Assembly (NCBI GenBank): GCA_964016885.1 | Contig: CAXHJY010001529.1 | Location: 1-54,178 of the forward strand | Reading direction: 5' to 3' | DNA length: 54,178 nt | Source of the DNA: Eledone cirrhosa | Lineage: Eukaryota | Part shown: one piece after another, positions 47,779-54,178 of the stretch | Numbering within the stretch: the first letter of the stretch is position 1 | Layout: each line of letters begins with the position of its first letter | The notes under the pieces: model-generated | Database searches by the model: none | Told to the model about the DNA's origin: nothing | What the model saw: the letters and a program-made list of their open reading frames with translations, nothing else | Program-made: the position numbers and the translations under genes

Positions 47779-47820
47779 AATATGGTTTTATAAATATAGT
47801 TTCCATTTATTTAATATCGT

Positions 47821-50800
<2,980 letters not shown>

Positions 50801-52362
50801 TGCTGGAAAGCATGGCGTCCGATCCTCTACCGATACTGCCCATCCACCGCAAATTTATAAAATAATAAAAGCAGAACAGAAGTACGTACAAATTATAATT
50901 TAGGTACAAATTATAATTTAGTTAGATCGCACTTACAAAATTTGCAAAACATTAGTTGCAATTCAAGGGATGATAATTTATTTTCTTTCATAACCTTGCC
51001 ACCAGGAAATGGCCGGTCAAAAATTTACTCGAAATTAAAAGAGGAACATACATACACACATACATACAAACCTACATACATATGAACATACATACATATA
51101 AACATACGCACATGCATACATACAACAAACCTACATACATACAAACAAACCTACAAACATGCAAGCAAACCTACATACATACAAATATACGTACATACAT
51201 ATCTACAAATGTACGTACATACATATGCATAAATACATACGTATTTACATAAATCCACACATACATAGATACGTAAATACGTATTTATTTAATTACGTGC
51301 ATACATACATACCTACCTATCTACATACATATCTACATATATGGATGTATACCTACATACCTACATACATACATACTACACACAATCACGTGTTCAACAA
51401 CACATACTCTCCCACATTCACAGAATTCTCCGTTGATTCGTATTTTTCTGAAAGACACCTACATACCTATTTGTAAATACAAAATACAATGATATTAATT
51501 AGTGTTTAATTAAGAAAGGACAGTTAATTAAAATTTCTTTTTAAAATATTCTCTTCACGAGTTCTTTTACTGTATGTTTATTTCCTTTGATTTAATTTTT
51601 ATGAATTCCTTTTTCTCTTTTGTTTTCCCAAATGCAATTCTCTGTTTGTTTAGAAAATTGGCCAAATTATTGTCGGAAAACTGTACCACAAGCTGAACCA
51701 ATACTCTTCGGAAATCTTCTCAGTAAAGACGGTTATTACATATGCATATTTAAGGTACAGCATTCTGCATTGTGATTATAACATGTGCCGGTATGTAGCA
51801 CGTGTGTTGCATATCTTCTGAGTATATATTTAATTGTAAGTGTGTAGTTGTTACATGACATATGCAGTTCTAAAACAATCATCATTTCTAATGAAATGGC
51901 TGAATGTAACCGCTTTTCACACAATTCGTCTATGCAAATATTAATCCAACACGAACTATCTATGTATGAAACGTATATAAGTTTGTATGCAAACACGAGA
52001 TTAATAACAATAGCGTTAGGGGTGTTTCTTATTGTTACATTAAATATTCCTTATCTACAAAAATATGCATACTTCACGTTTGTCAGAGGTCGCACGAGTA
52101 CGCCAATCCGGGTAAGGTACGCAGGAATTACTGGAATTTCATTCCAGATGGTAGGTTTCAAGGCCATCTTTGTAAAAAAAAATGTAAGGCACGTGGAGAG
52201 TTGAAGAAGCACTTGAACAATCCTAATATGCAAACCGAAAATGGAGCCAATACTGAAATGAGATATTGGTGCAGTATTTGATATCAGCTCTTCAAAAGCT
52301 TTTCAGGGCTCAAAAGCAATTATGTATGTAGAGGTCGAGCTCTCTAAGGAGCAGAGAACTAC

Positions 52363-52513
52363 AATATATATTATATATATATATTATATATTTATATTTT
52401 ATATATATATATATTATATATATATATTATAAATATATATATTATATATATATATTATATATATATATATTATATTATATATATATATATATATTATATA
52501 TATATATATATTA

Positions 52514-52559
<46 letters not shown>

Positions 52560-52791
52560 AATATTATATATATTATATATATATTATATAAATATTATAT
52601 ATATATATATTTATATTATATAATATAAATATATATATATATATATTATATTATATATATATATATATATATTTATATTATATATATATATATATATTTA
52701 TATTATATATAAATATATATATATATTTATATTATATATATATATTTATATTATATATATATATATATTTATATTATATATATATTTATAT

Positions 52792-52822
<31 letters not shown>

Positions 52823-52958
52823 TATTTATATATATATATATATTTTATATATATATATTTATATTATATATATATATATATTTATATTATATATATATTT
52901 ATATTATATATATATATATTTATATTATATATATATATTTATATTATATATATATAGT

Positions 52959-53004
<46 letters not shown>

Positions 53005-53697
53005 ATATTATATTATAATTTATATTATATATATATATTTATATTATATATATATATTTATATTATATATATATATTCATATTATATATATATATATATA
53101 TGATATATATATATTTATATTATATATATATATATTTATATTATATATATATATATTTATATTATATATATATATATTTATATTATATATATATATTTAT
53201 ATTATATATATAGTTTTAATATAGATGAGATTCTACAGGACTAGAACTGTTTCATTCATTAGAAATCATCAGGAATGAATGAAACAGTTCTAGTCCTGTA
53301 GAATCTCATCTATATTAAACCTGTTATACTCTGCTATGTATTGAGTACCTTACTTACTGTGGTTACCTCCGATTCAACCCGGAATAACGTATATTATATA
53401 TATATATATTTATATTATATATATATATATTTATATTATATATATATATATTTATATATTATATATATATATATTTATATTATATATATATATTTATATT
53501 ATATATATATATATTTATATTATATATATATATATATTTATATTATATATATATATATATTTATATTATATATATATATATATTTATATTATATATATAT
53601 ATATATTTATATTATATATATATATATATTTATATTATATATTTATATATATATATATTTATATTATATATATATATATATATTTATATTATATATT

Positions 53698-53728
<31 letters not shown>

Positions 53729-53917
53729 TATATATATATATATATATTTATATTATATATATATATATATATATTTATATTATATATATATATATATATA
53801 TTTATATTATATATATATATATATATATTTATATTATATATATATATATATATATTTATATTATATATATATATATATATATATTTATATTATATATATA
53901 TATATATATATATTTAT

Positions 53918-53991
<74 letters not shown>

Positions 53992-53993
53992 TG

Positions 53994-54024
<31 letters not shown>

Positions 54025-54026
54025 TG

Positions 54027-54057
<31 letters not shown>

Positions 54058-54178
54058 TGTATATATATATATATATATATTTTATATTATATATATATAT
54101 TTATATTATATATATATATTTATATTATATATATATATTTATATTATATATATATATATTCATATTATATATATAGTT
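52363..54178. repeat. (TA)n array with TTTATATTA units
   Basis: Visible. Interrupted at 53213-53390. Confidence 0.96.
53215..53390. mobile_element. Hairpin (46-bp arms) plus tail element with truncated HHR
   Basis: 53215-53260 is the inverse of 53274-53319. Minus strand reads CUGAUGA-UUUCUAAUGAAU-GAAAC-AGUUCUA-GUC with the 5' strand of stem I missing. Confidence 0.7.

Larger units (their letters stand above)
46850..47820. mobile_element. Second member of the 19384-20745 family, 146-bp inverted arms
   Basis: 46936-47081 is the inverse of 47675-47820. Tail 46850-46935, CT-rich spacer. Confidence 0.78.

Overview
AT-rich, repeat-saturated animal (non-prokaryotic) DNA with no recognisable host gene. 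The SINE and LINE 3'-end motifs resemble those I know from octopod cephalopods (inference). Roughly half of the window is (TA)n-type microsatellite, and most long ORFs in the track are YI-repeat artefacts of it. The islands between arrays are decayed mobile elements: CR1-type, Tx1-type and RTE-type LINE fragments, a deleted mariner, a hAT MITE and two tRNA-like SINE families. The main hidden signal is a dense set of type I hammerhead ribozymes (HHR: stem I-CUGANGA-stem II-GAAAN-short stem III-NUH-stem I'). About a dozen have intact cores and several more are decayed. They come from several distinct non-coding element families, nearly all in islands bounded by (TA)n and often arranged as tandem or inverted copies plus a one-sided tail, the architecture of Penelope-like pseudo-LTRs and non-LTR retrozymes. 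The best case is a 468-bp head-to-tail dimer (2101-3025) with two identical, perfect minus-strand HHRs exactly 468 nt apart, predicting a self-excised, potentially circular 468-nt RNA. A diverged sister family at 36.4-39.4 kb keeps the fold through different stem sequences. All folds were assigned by eye and none was computed.
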